Assembly (NCBI RefSeq): GCF_036321535.1
Contig: NC_087437.1
Span: 30,258,001 to 30,322,000 of the forward strand
Direction of reading: 5' to 3'
DNA length: 64,000 nucleotides
From: Camelus dromedarius
Lineage: Eukaryota
Both the position numbers and the translations under genes were made by a program. Below are positions 39,465 to 51,100 of this stretch, in pieces (position 1 is the first letter of the stretch; each line of letters opens with the position of its first letter). The notes beneath the pieces are model-generated. The model made no database searches and had not been told where the DNA came from. It saw only the letters and a program-made list of their open reading frames with translations.

Positions 39465-40082
39465 GTTTTACATAAAATTATAGTAGAAATGTAGAAAAAG
39501 AAGCAGACACTGTTACGTTTTTAAAAAAAAGAATTCCAAATACGCTTTTTTTTCTGTCAATAAATTGTACCTCCCAAGTAATTTCTTTACCTTATGAATT
39601 GAAAGTTTTCTTCAAAAAACTATCACTGCTGTTCCCAAGAAGATCCCTGATATTCTAAATTTGATAATAGAATAATCATTTTTATGGAATGTTATTTAGT
39701 TTCAGATAGTAGTGTTGATGTTCATAGTCTTTTAATTATTCTTTAAATATATCTTTTATTTTCTTTAAAACAATTCTGTCATTGTTCAGTTTGAACAATA
39801 TGCTAAGCAGAGTTTCAGAAATCAGAGCAAGATTTTGGCTAACTTGCCTGTTTATTTAAAGGAGAAAATAACATTCTTGTGTTACTCTGAAATACCCAAT
39901 TTTCAGTGAGTGTAAAATTAAAATAGAAGCATTTGAGTTAAGGTGGCCATCATTTCATAGAGTTGGAAGAAACAGAACTGCCCTCTATTTCTTCCAAAAA
40001 GACATTGAACTTGTTGACCTCAAGTTACTAGTTTTAAACAACTTTGCACTATACACAGAACATAAGCATCTACTTATTAAAG

Positions 40083-40284
40083 ACGGGGATTACAGACTGT
40101 GGTCCACAGGCAACTGGCTGCCTGTTTTGTAAATAAAATTTTATTCAAACACAGCCCCATCAAATCATTTAAGCATTGCCTGTGGTGCTTTCACACTGCA
40201 ACTGCATAATTAAGTGTCTGTGACAGAGATCTTAAACCCTGAAAAGCCTGTCTGTCCCTTTAAATAAAAAGTTGTGGACCCCTA
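40083..40284 (+). mobile_element. MER58A-like hAT-Charlie DNA transposon
   Basis: gcctgttttgtaaataaaattttattcaaacacagcc...gtgacagaga...aaaaagttgtggacccct; 8-bp flanks tattaaag / ctttaaag. Confidence 0.8.
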
Positions 40285-40925
40285 CTTTAAAGCATGTTAA
40301 ATAAAAAATACGTATTGAATGGATGAATAAATAATTGAACAAATAGGGTTATTCCGATGAGTGTGTGGCAGAGAGATAGCACTAATATTATATATATGTA
40401 TGTATTTTATATATATAAGAGAATCTGAGATAGTCTGATAACAAACTTACTCTTAAAACTCTTGCTTTATCATATTGATATACATGAAAAATACTTATTT
40501 TTTATTAAGTATTCTAATCATACCACTAGCTCAGTATTACATGCTGGCTTTTCCCTCAAAGGATAGAAGTACTTCAGTATATCATTTCATTGACTATTGT
40601 TGGCCAATAGTTTTGGCTAACAGTAGGAAGTACGGTAGGGAACGTATTAAATTCACAGTGTTTCCCTGAGAATTTTTAGTTGGAACAACTGGTAAGTTTC
40701 AGTAAGTAAGAGCTGAGCTAATTCGTTTCTCTGTACTTTCCCTGGTGCATAGATATCAATGCTTATAAATTCTTTATGAACCTCTTGTCAAGTGGAGCAA
40801 ACCCCTAATTTAGAAATAGAATTGAAATTAGTAGAACATGTTTGACCAGGTGAGTGGCAACTTAATATAGGTAAGATTATCTCAGGCAGTAAAGAACTTG
40901 GCTTTGTTAATTCATTGACCAGTTT

Positions 40926-40927
<2 letters not shown>

Positions 40928-40977
<50 letters not shown>
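40928..40977. repeat. (AC)25 microsatellite
   Basis: Seen directly. Confidence 0.97.
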
Positions 40978-40980
<3 letters not shown>

Positions 40981-42254
40981 GTCACCTTTGCTGACTTCTG
41001 ACTTCAGTGGCTCACATCAGTTTTTTAAAATTCAAATTATAACCTCAGTTGATCACTTGATAGTATTTTGGAGGCTACTAAATAGAGATTTCTTGTATCT
41101 ACTATAACTTTTCACCTTAAGATAAATTTTAAAATCATAAAACTAGAGAAAATTTACAATGTTGCTAAATTACACAATTGTTCATTAGTTGCTCATTAAT
41201 TACAACTGGACCTATCAATAGGAAATGGAAAAAAGGGTAAGGATCTGACTTAATAGACAGTCGCTTCTCTTTCAGAAAAGCAGCCAACTGGAAACCAAAA
41301 CAAAGCCGACAGTGCCTTTTCTTTCTTACGTTTGGGTCTTAGCAATCAGTGGTAAACAGTACGGGTTTGTTGTTTTTCTTTGCTGCAAAGAATATGAACA
41401 GCTATTACAAGTCACAGTTAATTGTTCAGTAGGTTTTCTCTATTGAACTTGTTGACTTGAATCACAATGGGTTTCAAGCAACTTGATAAACACTTGTCAG
41501 AATTTTTATCTGTCAGAAAAAGTGATGAAATGTACAACTTGGAATGGTTTTCCTTTGCGTGGTCCTGAATTGCACTGTGCTTGGACTCTCAATGTGCTTT
41601 AATGAAGAAGGGAGGTAGAGATAATTGAGGTCAAAAAGCAAATCAGCAGAAGTTGACAAGATGTGATTCTTGGAACTCAGGGTAGCTAAATGCCACCAGC
41701 CTCTTCAGACTACTTTTCAAATATTTTGAATTCCACAAAAAGACTAAAGATTTTGGCGAAACTCTTGTTCTCTCACTCCATTTTTAACCCTGAATATATA
41801 CTTTTAAAGGAAATTTGACCCGAGACTTCTGAATAACACATGGTTAAGCAATCCAAAGTGGTATGGAATTTATCCCTAAATTATATGGATGTCTCTCAGC
41901 CCTGAGAACTGCAACTGGGAAGTGACTCAGCATATCATCTTATTTCTGGCTGGAAGAGACTAAGGCTTTGGAGACCCAACCAAATTTAAGTCAGGCTTTT
42001 TATAACCTGATGCCCAAGATTGGACTTTTGGAGATTTGTGAAGTCTTGGAAATAGCACGTACATTTTTATGTTATCTTTATCTGTGTATTTTGCTGGTAT
42101 AATGCACATTTCACAAAGTTCTCGAATAAGTCCATGAAACTAAGAATGTTCAAAGTGATAGGTAAGATTAAGATGAATTATTTTACAGAAAAGGTACATT
42201 GTTCCACTTAAACTTCACCACAGTTCTGTGGATTGGCTAAGTATCACAGGGGAA

Positions 42255-42460
42255 AGATTAAGGCAGATTATGGAAGCAGACTGCCAGGGTTCCAGTCTCA
42301 GCTCTGCCACTTGATTGGCTGTGTGTCCTAACTGTATGTACTTCAGTGTCCTCAACTGCAAAATGGAAAGTAATAGTGCCTGCCTGATAGGGCTGTTATG
42401 AGGAAAAACAAGTTAATATTTATAAAGTACCTAATCCTTGCTACATAATTAATGCATGTA
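42255..42460 (+). mobile_element. MIR SINE
   Basis: gcagactgccagggttccagtctcagctctgccactt...cagtgtcctcaactgcaaaatggaaagtaatagtgcctgcctgatagggctgttatgagg. Confidence 0.8.
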
Positions 42461-42527
42461 TAAAGCTGACCAAAAAGTCATGTAGCCAAGACTAGGCATA
42501 TGTTTACATATAAACATACACAAAAAC

Positions 42528-42567
<40 letters not shown>
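42528..42567. repeat. (AGAT)10 microsatellite
   Basis: Seen directly. Confidence 0.97.
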
Positions 42568-43083
42568 GAAAAAGCACTAAATAAAAATTCCCAGGTTTTA
42601 GATGATGAAACTGATACAAGGATTTTGCCTAAAATCACATTGTTTGTAAGAGGAAGAACCAGGTCTAAAATTTGGGAGAGTTGTTTGTTTTATTTTTTTT
42701 TTCAGTTTAAATTCTGCTAGTTATTGGCCCTGATCAGTTCTCTGTGTATAGCTCTTAGCTCCTGTTCTTCTCTATTCAACCTGCCCAAAGTTTCACTTTA
42801 AAATCACCTTCCACTCCATTCTGCTCACAAACCTTCAAAATTTCCCCATTAGCTAGTTTGGATCAAACTTTAAATTTTTGACAAAAGCCACATTAAGGCT
42901 AAGAGAAAGGATTGTTGGAGCACTGATTTATGAGGTCAATTATCAATGGAATAATAAAGTAAAATGTGTTTATCCAAACTTCTCTCCTGGAAAGCAAAAT
43001 AAGGAACCTTTAAAATATATTTAAAATAGAGTGGAAGCGAGAACTTCACAAACACCTTTCTTCCCACAACATGTGCACTTGTG

Positions 43084-43086
<3 letters not shown>

Positions 43087-43124
<38 letters not shown>
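43087..43124. repeat. (AC)19 microsatellite
   Basis: Seen directly. Confidence 0.97.
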
Positions 43125-43127
<3 letters not shown>

Positions 43128-43639
43128 CCACCTCAGACAAACTCAATCCAAATTGCCAAATTGCTCTAGCTAATTCGTGTTTTTCTTTTGATTAGAAGTG
43201 TGTGATTTGGGGGCAAATTCTCAATTACTCTTAGCAAGAGAAGGGAGATTGATCCCCACTGCCTGAGTCTTGTTCTCTCTTCTCCACACAGCTCTCAGCT
43301 GCAGGACTTTAAATTGTAGAACAAAAAGTTAAGGAAGGAAAGTCCAAAGGGGCTCCAACTATTAACCCTTCCAAGAGAACAACTTACTATCCTTCTTGGA
43401 TGCCCTTGAGTCTTCACCTAGCCCTGCTTCTGACCATAAATTACAAAACTTTTGCTGTAGACTCCTGCCTCCCCTGGATTATCTCTTATTGCCTGGATTA
43501 GAATCCACGCTAGCATTCCAGCCCATCAGGCCTCCTTCTGTCTCCCAGCCTTCATTCTTCCTCATCCAAGTTACCTCCATTGCTGGGAGTGATTTTCTTT
43601 TCCATGACTGCCAGAAACATTATCTAATAGCGAAAATTC

Positions 43640-43860
43640 CAATGGTAAAGTCACTACCACCCAGACATAGTTTCAAATCTTGCCTCTCCAATTGCTTGCT
43701 GTGTGATCTAGGGAAGGTTACTTAGTCTCTGAGCTTCCTTGTTGTTTTTTCATCTATAAAACTGGAAAATAGCATCTATCTCAAGGGTTGATGTAAGGAC
43801 GAAGTGAAATAGCATACAAAAAGGATCCTGGCGTAGAGCCGCGGCTCAATGTAAGTGATT
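43640..43860 (+). mobile_element. MIR SINE
   Basis: gctgtgtgatctagggaaggttacttagtctctgagctt...catctataaaactgg...atctcaagggttgatgtaagga. Confidence 0.75.
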
Positions 43861-43929
43861 GTTTCATTACAGTGTAGCTGCAGATTTACTCTACAAATAC
43901 AATGTTATACTTTGGAGTGTTTTTTAAAA

Positions 43930-44130
43930 TAGTTTACACAAAAAGTTTTTACATACATCATTGCATTTGCTCCTCATGATGATCATGTGAAATAAAAAAA
44001 TATGATCTCTGTCTTCAGATAATGAACATGGGTATCATGATGATTAAATGGTTTGTCCTCAGCCCCACACTTAGTGTCAGAACTGAAATGGAAATATTTT
44101 TCTTTTGATTTGGAATAGTTTTTCCTTTCA
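43930..44130 (-). mobile_element. MIR SINE
   Basis: Antisense MIR: tttacatacatcattgcatttgctcctcat...ttaaatggtttgtcctcagccccacact. Confidence 0.6.
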
Positions 44131-44779
44131 ACTATATGACACTGGCACTTAAGAAGAAACTTTCACTGGGTTAGGTAGTAGTTTTAAACCCAGTTTGTCC
44201 CTGTTTATGTCGCTGAACATTCATAATTCTCAGTTTCCTCATCTGTTACAGAGTTCTAACACCAAGCAAACTAAAATTCTCTCAACTTCCAGAGCATCTA
44301 GAATATTAAGGCTGATTCATCTTTTTCTTACTTAGCATGAAGAATTAGTAATTCGTGGATAAATACTTCTTTAAGCATGTATTATTGTTTAAATGGTCTT
44401 TTCCTAAGAATAACTGAGGGAACCTGAAAATGACAGCATAAGAATGTGTAATCATGTGGTATAATGATATTAAAGCAACTTGTGAAATTTTCCCAAAGTT
44501 TACCTTTTATTCCATAATATTATTTCACCTCCAATAAAAATAGAGAACTAAAAATTAGAACTGCCAGAATGTAATGTTATCATAAATTATTGTATATACT
44601 AAGTCACTCTCATAAATCTTTTATGCTTAATACATTCTCTCCTGTTGTTCCCAAGAATTAATGTGAATAAAAGATGAAGTGTCACCTTTTCATCCAGATG
44701 GCTTTGGCTTCTCTGATTACATACAGCCTTTCAGAAGTGGAAGAGAAGCATATTACAAAACAAAACAGTGAACTATGAG

Positions 44780-45610
44780 TGTGCTCTTCCATTTCTTGGT
44801 TAATGGCATCATCGTCTATCTGCAAATTGGAAAACTTAGATTATTCTAAAATTTCCCACAACCTCACCTATGCGTAAATATCCCCCAATGTAATCTGCCA
44901 CTAAAACACTGCTCGAATCTGATGGATTCTCTGCGCTATCAATGCCATAGTCTCTTCTTAGACTACTGAAATTGGTTTCTGTCAGATCTTCTTGTCCCCA
45001 GGCTCTTTCACACCCTCCTTTCTCCAAGTGATCTTTCTAAAAAACACAAATTAATCATTTCGTTCCCCTATCTGAGATCCTTCATGGTTTTCTTCCTCTG
45101 AACCTTTGCCTTCTAGATAATGACCAAATTTCTTAGTGTGTAGTTTCTTCATGATTTGGTTTTAGGGCCCTTCTCTTTAGTCTTATATCTAGACCCTACT
45201 ACTATATACCTTATGCAAATATCAGTCATATCAAGTTATTCTCAGGGATCCACGTCTTTGTGTGTTTTTCTTATTCTGTATTTCTGTAAGCCTCTCCCTG
45301 ACTGCTTCCCAGCATGAAGAACCCACACTCATCCTTTCACTGCAGCTCAAGTACTGGCTACTCCGAGGAGATTCCCCGGACCTTCCCTCTCCCAAAGCAG
45401 AGTTAGGTGCCCTGTCTCTCTGAAACCATAGGTTTTTGCGCACTGTCTTTTATCGGATTTCTGCTGCATATAATTCATTATTCACTTGTCTATATTTCTC
45501 ATTATACTGTGAGGTCTTGAGCCTGTATCTCATTCATTTTATATCCCACAGCCAACAATATGCCTAATACATGTTAAGTTGTTAAAATAGACATATATTG
45601 AATGAATAAC
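44780..45610 (+). mobile_element. LINE-2 3' region
   Basis: aatggcatcatcgtctatc, gtgatctttctaaaa, cactgcagctcaagt, ending in tattgaatgaataacaaatgaa. Confidence 0.8.
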
Positions 45611-46369
45611 AAATGAAAAAACTTAGTATTGATCCCAAACTTTATTGATTATGCTTGTCACTAGTCCCTAATCAAAGAGTCAATAACGTTGGTGATTTAA
45701 AATAGTTGGCATGACAGACACAGATGATGGTGGGGGCGTTAACTAACAATACGGGCCACAAACTGACAAGGCTTATGTACATGACATGTGGCCAACTAAC
45801 TACTTTTGATAGTCAGTGCTGTAAATTCAGAGGCAGAAACTGGTGAACTAGAGTGATTTGGTAAAAATTTTTGAAGTAATTTGTGTTGCAGCTTAAAGTG
45901 TATCTAGGATTTAAGAGCTAAAGAAGAAAGGAGAAGTTATTGAGAAAAGGGGGAAAATATGATGAAAGGCATAGAGACAGAAGCTAGTAAAGAGAACTCA
46001 TAAAACAGTGAGTTGAAAAATTATGCTGGACTGGGACATTTAGGATGTGGCTACAGGCTACATGGCTCTGTGTCCCATGCTGGGAATAACAGATCATATC
46101 TGGAAAGCAGCGGTAGGTCATGACAATGCATTTGGATAGGAATCATAATACGAGTTGAGCCATTTAAAGAAAATCTCTGGGTAGTGACACCACTGGAAAA
46201 CTCCTGTTGAACATTTCAGGACCTGCCCTATGATGAAGTCAGTGAAAAGGTATAAAGAAAATGATGGAACTGACAGAGTTAGTGTCCCATTAGACATGGG
46301 GCTATTGGTTAAGGAAAACAGCCCAACACAACTCAAGTTCAGACTAGGAAAAATCAAGCAGTAGTGATC

Positions 46370-46560
46370 ATGTTAATAATGCCCAGTATGTATTGAGAAC
46401 AACTATGTATCAGATGTTTCATGGGCATTATTTTTGATACCTATAAAACATTTCAAGTTAAGTGTTGCACCATCATTGTAAACTGATGAGAAGAGGGGCA
46501 TTCAGGGAAGCTAAGCAACCTGCCTTGACTTAGAACCCAAATATCTTTTACTTTAGTTCC
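46370..46560 (-). mobile_element. MIR SINE fragment
   Basis: atgtattgagaacaactatgtatcag...ctgatgagaagaggggcattcagggaagctaagcaacctgcc. Confidence 0.55.
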
Positions 46561-46899
46561 TATGGCAGATCCTTATCTTGTTCCTCAATTTGATAGTCTG
46601 CCCAGGACAAAACTATAAAACAAAACTATAAAGCTGAGACCATCTTCTAGAACTTCCAGTATCACCAGGAAGCAGAATATGATGGCCAGACTTCTTGTCT
46701 TACTTGTTTTTTGGATTAACCCTCCAAGCACCAGTTTAGTTTCCACTTTCTGGCCACTCCTGCTGCAGCTCACTCTACTACTTAGAAGCATATCTTCTGG
46801 AAACAGCATTCAAAAAGCAAAGGAAGTCAAATGGAGCAGTCAATTCATAGAAAATAATGAATGTCATTGTTAGATGTGAATCTCCAATATAATTTTCAG

Positions 46900-47290
46900 G
46901 CAGAAATGTTCATCCCAGTGTTGGAAATGTGGAAAAAGTGTTCAGGAGGCAGACCAAGGCATAAAATACAGCCTTCAATCTAGAGGAATTTTTTTTAAAA
47001 AGAGATTGGGGTAAATGGGAGCTTAAAGAGCTGGAAGAGAGCAGGATGGAAGACTGAAACTAAAGCAGTACATACCATTAGGGGTCAGCTTAGAAAGAGA
47101 AGCCACCTCTGGAAAGGATCTGGAGAGTGAAGTGATGCAGAAACTACAGGAGATGTTTTCAGTGATAGGGTAGTCAAGAGTGTCACGTCTTACAAAAAGG
47201 CCAAGGAGGATAGGGATTAAGAAAGGATAAATTAACCTGTCAATCAGGAAATAATAGGTGACTTTTGAGAATGTGATTTTAGCAGAGTCC
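46900..47290 (-). mobile_element. LINE-2 fragment
   Basis: Purine-rich L2 body: gatagggtagtcaagagtgtcacgtc...ataggtgacttttgagaatg. Confidence 0.55.
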
Positions 47291-47811
47291 CTAAGCTTTG
47301 GCTTTCTCTTAATCATCAACTATTTAGTTTATTGGGTTAAATAGAAAATTATTTCTAGACTTAAACTCCATTGCTGGAAAAGAATCAGCACAAGTCAAGT
47401 CAAACTCCTTTTTGCCAGTATAAACCAGCACTGAGCCAAAGAAAGCTGTGAAATAAATAATGCTTGCATTTAATCTCTGTGCTCCAATTCTGCTCTGCAA
47501 ATGAGTGCCCTTCTTTCTGTGACTGTCTGTGTGGAAAGCTGTGTCCATTCCAAAAACTGTATATCAGCTCCCTCCTTCATCATTCTTTTATTCATCTAGC
47601 CACTCATTTATTTATTACTTGAGTAAATAAACATTTATGACTTGTCATTTCTGCCTGTTGCTTTCAATAATTCAATGAAAATACTTATGTAGTTGAAATT
47701 CTCTGATCTCTGTCAAAAACAGTAGGAGCAAAAGAGCTGAACTTTCTTTGATGAGCCATAACAATATTGTGTTTTATTTCCCATAATGTACATTAAAAAT
47801 AACAGAGTGGA

Positions 47812-47937
47812 GGAGGAGGGTATAGCTCAGTGGTAGAGTGTGTGCTTAGCATGCATGAGGTCCTGGGTTCAATACCCAGTATCTCCATTTAAAAATAAAC
47901 AAATAAATAAATAAACCTAATTACCACCACCTCCCTA
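47812..47937 (+). mobile_element. tRNA-Ala(AGC)-derived SINE, camelid vic-1 type
   Basis: gggtatagctcagtggtagagtgtgtgcttagcatgcatgaggtcctgggttcaatacccagtatctcca (A and B boxes, AGC anticodon), A-rich tail, 17-bp TSD AAAAATAACAGAGTGGA (47795-47811) and AAAAATAATAGAGTGGA (47938-47954) at a TT/AAAA site. Confidence 0.92.
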
Positions 47938-48794
47938 AAAAATAATAGAGTGGAAACTAAGAAAATCCAGGGGAAAAGGTCTTTTCTAACAAAGGGTTTA
48001 TTTTCAGAGAACATTTATGGCTTTACCTTCGCATTTACTCAGAGGTTGTGTTGGCCACTATTATTATGTTGACATTTGTTTTTGAGGTTAACAGCCTCCC
48101 TTTTCTAGTATTTAATCTAGTTTATTGCACCAAAATGCTTCTTATGCCTCCTATTGAAATCTATTCAGAAAATGGCCACGTTAGTCATTGACATCTTATT
48201 TTAACTGGAAGTAAATAAGTGTATTTGCATTTTAAGCCTTCTTTCCAGTCATTGAATAAATAGGCTTTGTCTCCTTCAAGAAATTTAAGGATCATCAAAG
48301 AGCTAGGAAAAGAAGTTTTATTCAAAGAAGTGCTCCCAAAGCCCCTAATATTTTGCCACAAGAAGCCAGATCTCCCCACTGCCTGCTGCTTTCCTTCGCT
48401 ATAGCACGAGGGTGCTTGCATGGTTGCTCCTTGCTCACGGAAACCACGCAGTGTAAAGGAGATATCTCAGGGAAAGCCTTAACAGTAATATAATCCTTTG
48501 GTAATGTCTTTTAAGGGCTCAGTTTTTTAAAGTCACTCACTTTTATTTGTGCACAATGGTCTTAATATACTGACTTATTTTTTTCTCAGCCTTCACATCT
48601 GAGCTTTATTTCTTTTTAAGATGATATTATAGCCAAGGGTTTTTAAAAATCACCTTATAACTTTTTATTTGATGATAACCATATTCATTGTCATAACCAT
48701 GTTGGCCTAGAAAGCTCTTTGTAGGGAAGTCACCAAAGCCTATTTTAGGCAAAGCCAGTCTGAACTATGTGTCACTATAACTTTTAATGCTTCA

Positions 48795-48856
48795 ACTACA
48801 GTTAACAATATTATAGTGTATATTTGAAAGTTACTAAGAGAGTAGATCTTAAAAGG
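48795..48856 (+). mobile_element. Short L1MA-type 3'UTR fragment
   Basis: actacagttaacaatattatagtgtatatttgaaagttactaagagagtagatcttaaaag. Confidence 0.7.
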
Positions 48857-49289
48857 TTTTATAAATTTTTAGTACTAGATCCTAGAGATACCATGTATTG
48901 ATATTAAAAATGTATTCTGGTTTTCATTTCCCTGAAAACACAAGGTTTATTTAGCTGTCACACAAAACTTAATAAATATGTATGAATCCTTTGAAATACT
49001 ATCTTTAATCTACAGTGAATAACATTTTATTCACTTGTATTGATCTAAGAAATAATAGAGGTCTAATGTCAGATATTTCAGAATTAATCTCCACCACAAT
49101 CTTTCATGTTAATTTTGCTTTTTGCTTTGTTTTCTGGCGTTACTGCACAAAAGGAATATATACAAACCTGGATGAAAATTTACAGATTAAGTTTTTTTTT
49201 TCATTTATTCAACTGTGATGGGTGTTAGGCAATAATGTGCCTGCTCTCATAAAATGTGAAGCTGGCAGAACTGAAATAAAGCAAAACAA

Positions 49290-49530
49290 ATTGATAACAT
49301 CTATTAAGCACTTTCTATACAGAAGGCATTGTTAAAAGGCTCTACAAATCATTTCCTCTTCAAGTTTAATCCTCACATCTCTATGAGGTAGGAACTGTTA
49401 TTGCCCCCATTTTACAGATGAGAAAATCGCAGTACGGAACTATTCAGTTGCTTGGTCACCTAGCTAGTGAGTGGTGGAGTCAGAATTTTAACCTGTGTAG
49501 TTTAGCTCCAGGACCTGTGGTCTTAAATAA
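49290..49530 (-). mobile_element. MIR SINE (within L2 remnants)
   Basis: tttaatcctcacatctctatgaggtaggaactgttattgcccccattttacagatgagaaaatc. Confidence 0.85.
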
Positions 49531-49691
49531 AGAAATCACATACACAGGTGTAAAAGCACCACTATGCTACAGATTATGAAAGAGAGAGAGATGGTGCTAT
49601 GAGAGCATATAATGGTTGATCTGGAAAAATAGGGAGCCTGGTCAGTGGCTACTGATCTCTTAGGGATGAGTCAGAGTTAATTAAGCTCTCG

Positions 49692-50032
49692 TTTTTTTAA
49701 TTGAGGTATAATTGATCTATAATATTATATTAGTTTTGGGTGTTCAGCATAATCATTTGATATTTTTACATATTGCAAAATGATTACCACAATAAGTCTA
49801 GTTAACATCTGTCACCATACATAGTTACAATGTTTTTTGTTGTTGAGATGACAATTTTTAAGATCTACAATCTCTTAGCAACTTTCAAAAATGCAATTAG
49901 CCACTATTAACCACAGTCACCGTGATGTACGTTACATTCTCATGACATAATTTATTCTATAACTGGATGTTTGTACCTTTTGCCTGCTTTCACCCATTTC
50001 ACCACCACCCTTCTCCTGCCCCACCTTCTTCC
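49692..50032 (-). mobile_element. L1 (L1MA-like) 3' end, 5'-truncated
   Basis: Poly-T, attgcaaaatgattaccacaataagtctagttaacatc, ctcttagcaactttcaaa; TSD-like TAAGCTCTCGTTTT (49682-49695) and TAAGCTTTCATTTT (50033-50046) followed by AA. Confidence 0.88.
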
Positions 50033-50964
50033 TAAGCTTTCATTTTAACAATGGAGTGTCCATGAGTAAAAGCCATTTCTTATGATTTCTCCCTTTTTAG
50101 AGAGGAGAAGTAAAAGAAAGGTGGTGCTTACATTGCCTAAAAATGTTTAAGATATCTGTCTCACAGCTTACACCACCTCTCTGAAGCCACAAGACTCCCT
50201 CCTGGAAAACCCACTCCCTGCTTTTCCTTTCCAGAGGAGCTCCTTGCAGTGAGTCTATGATAAAACACTAGAAAAAAGACCTAAAAAAGAGGGCAGAGTT
50301 TCTGGCTCTTTTCCATGAGACCCCTGGCCCCCTGGGGATAGAGCATGCCCCCAACAAGAGAACATGTATTCAGTAGACTGTGTTTATACTGAACTGTGAT
50401 GTTTAGCATATAGTATAGTGAAGCAGACACATCTACTCATGTAGAAATATGTAATGTCTTTTTTAGAAATGTTGGCAGTAATCTTGAATTATTTACTTAA
50501 AATTATGCCTCTCTACTGAAGAGCTTTCCGTTCTGTTAAGATCTTCTGAGATCTTTAGCTTGGAAGCTAAAACTCATTAATGGCCCTAGAGATGAGTCCA
50601 CTTTGTGTGTTTACTTGGAATTTGTTCTCCACCAAAGTCTCAAGATATTAAATAAAGATAAGGAACATTCATATGTGAAAGGAAGGTTTGAACTTTTAAC
50701 ACTTTTCTGATTCATAAAAGCATTATGATTTTGGAAAATCCCTCTTTTGAAACAAAGAGTGTTAACATCTTGTACTTGCTCTGGTCAAACAGTCTTCTTG
50801 CTTCCTCTGTTTGCTCCCCAAAGATGCTCTTGGCAGAAAATGTGGGCACTGCCCTTTATAATTTAGGAAGCAGTTGCACCATCTCCATCACCTTGGTCCT
50901 CATGACCACATCATAAAGGAAAATTAGGTGTTGTGTTTCTTGATGTTATTTTTCCTTCTTTTAA

Positions 50965-51100
50965 AAAATTATATCCATTATACAAATGAGGAAACTCAGA
51001 CACAGTTAAGTGATTGATCGTGATTGCATGACTCCAAGTGGAGAAACCATGTGCTGCACTTAGGTCTTCTGCCTGTAAATACTATGCAATCTTCCCCATG
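50965..51100 (-). mobile_element. MIR SINE fragment
   Basis: ccattatacaaatgaggaaactcagacacagttaagtgatt. Confidence 0.7.

Noticed and set aside
47818..47887. Functional tRNA-Ala(AGC) gene
   Set aside because: Followed by a SINE tail and bounded by a TSD; shows CpG decay and no oligo-T terminator of four or more T directly after it.
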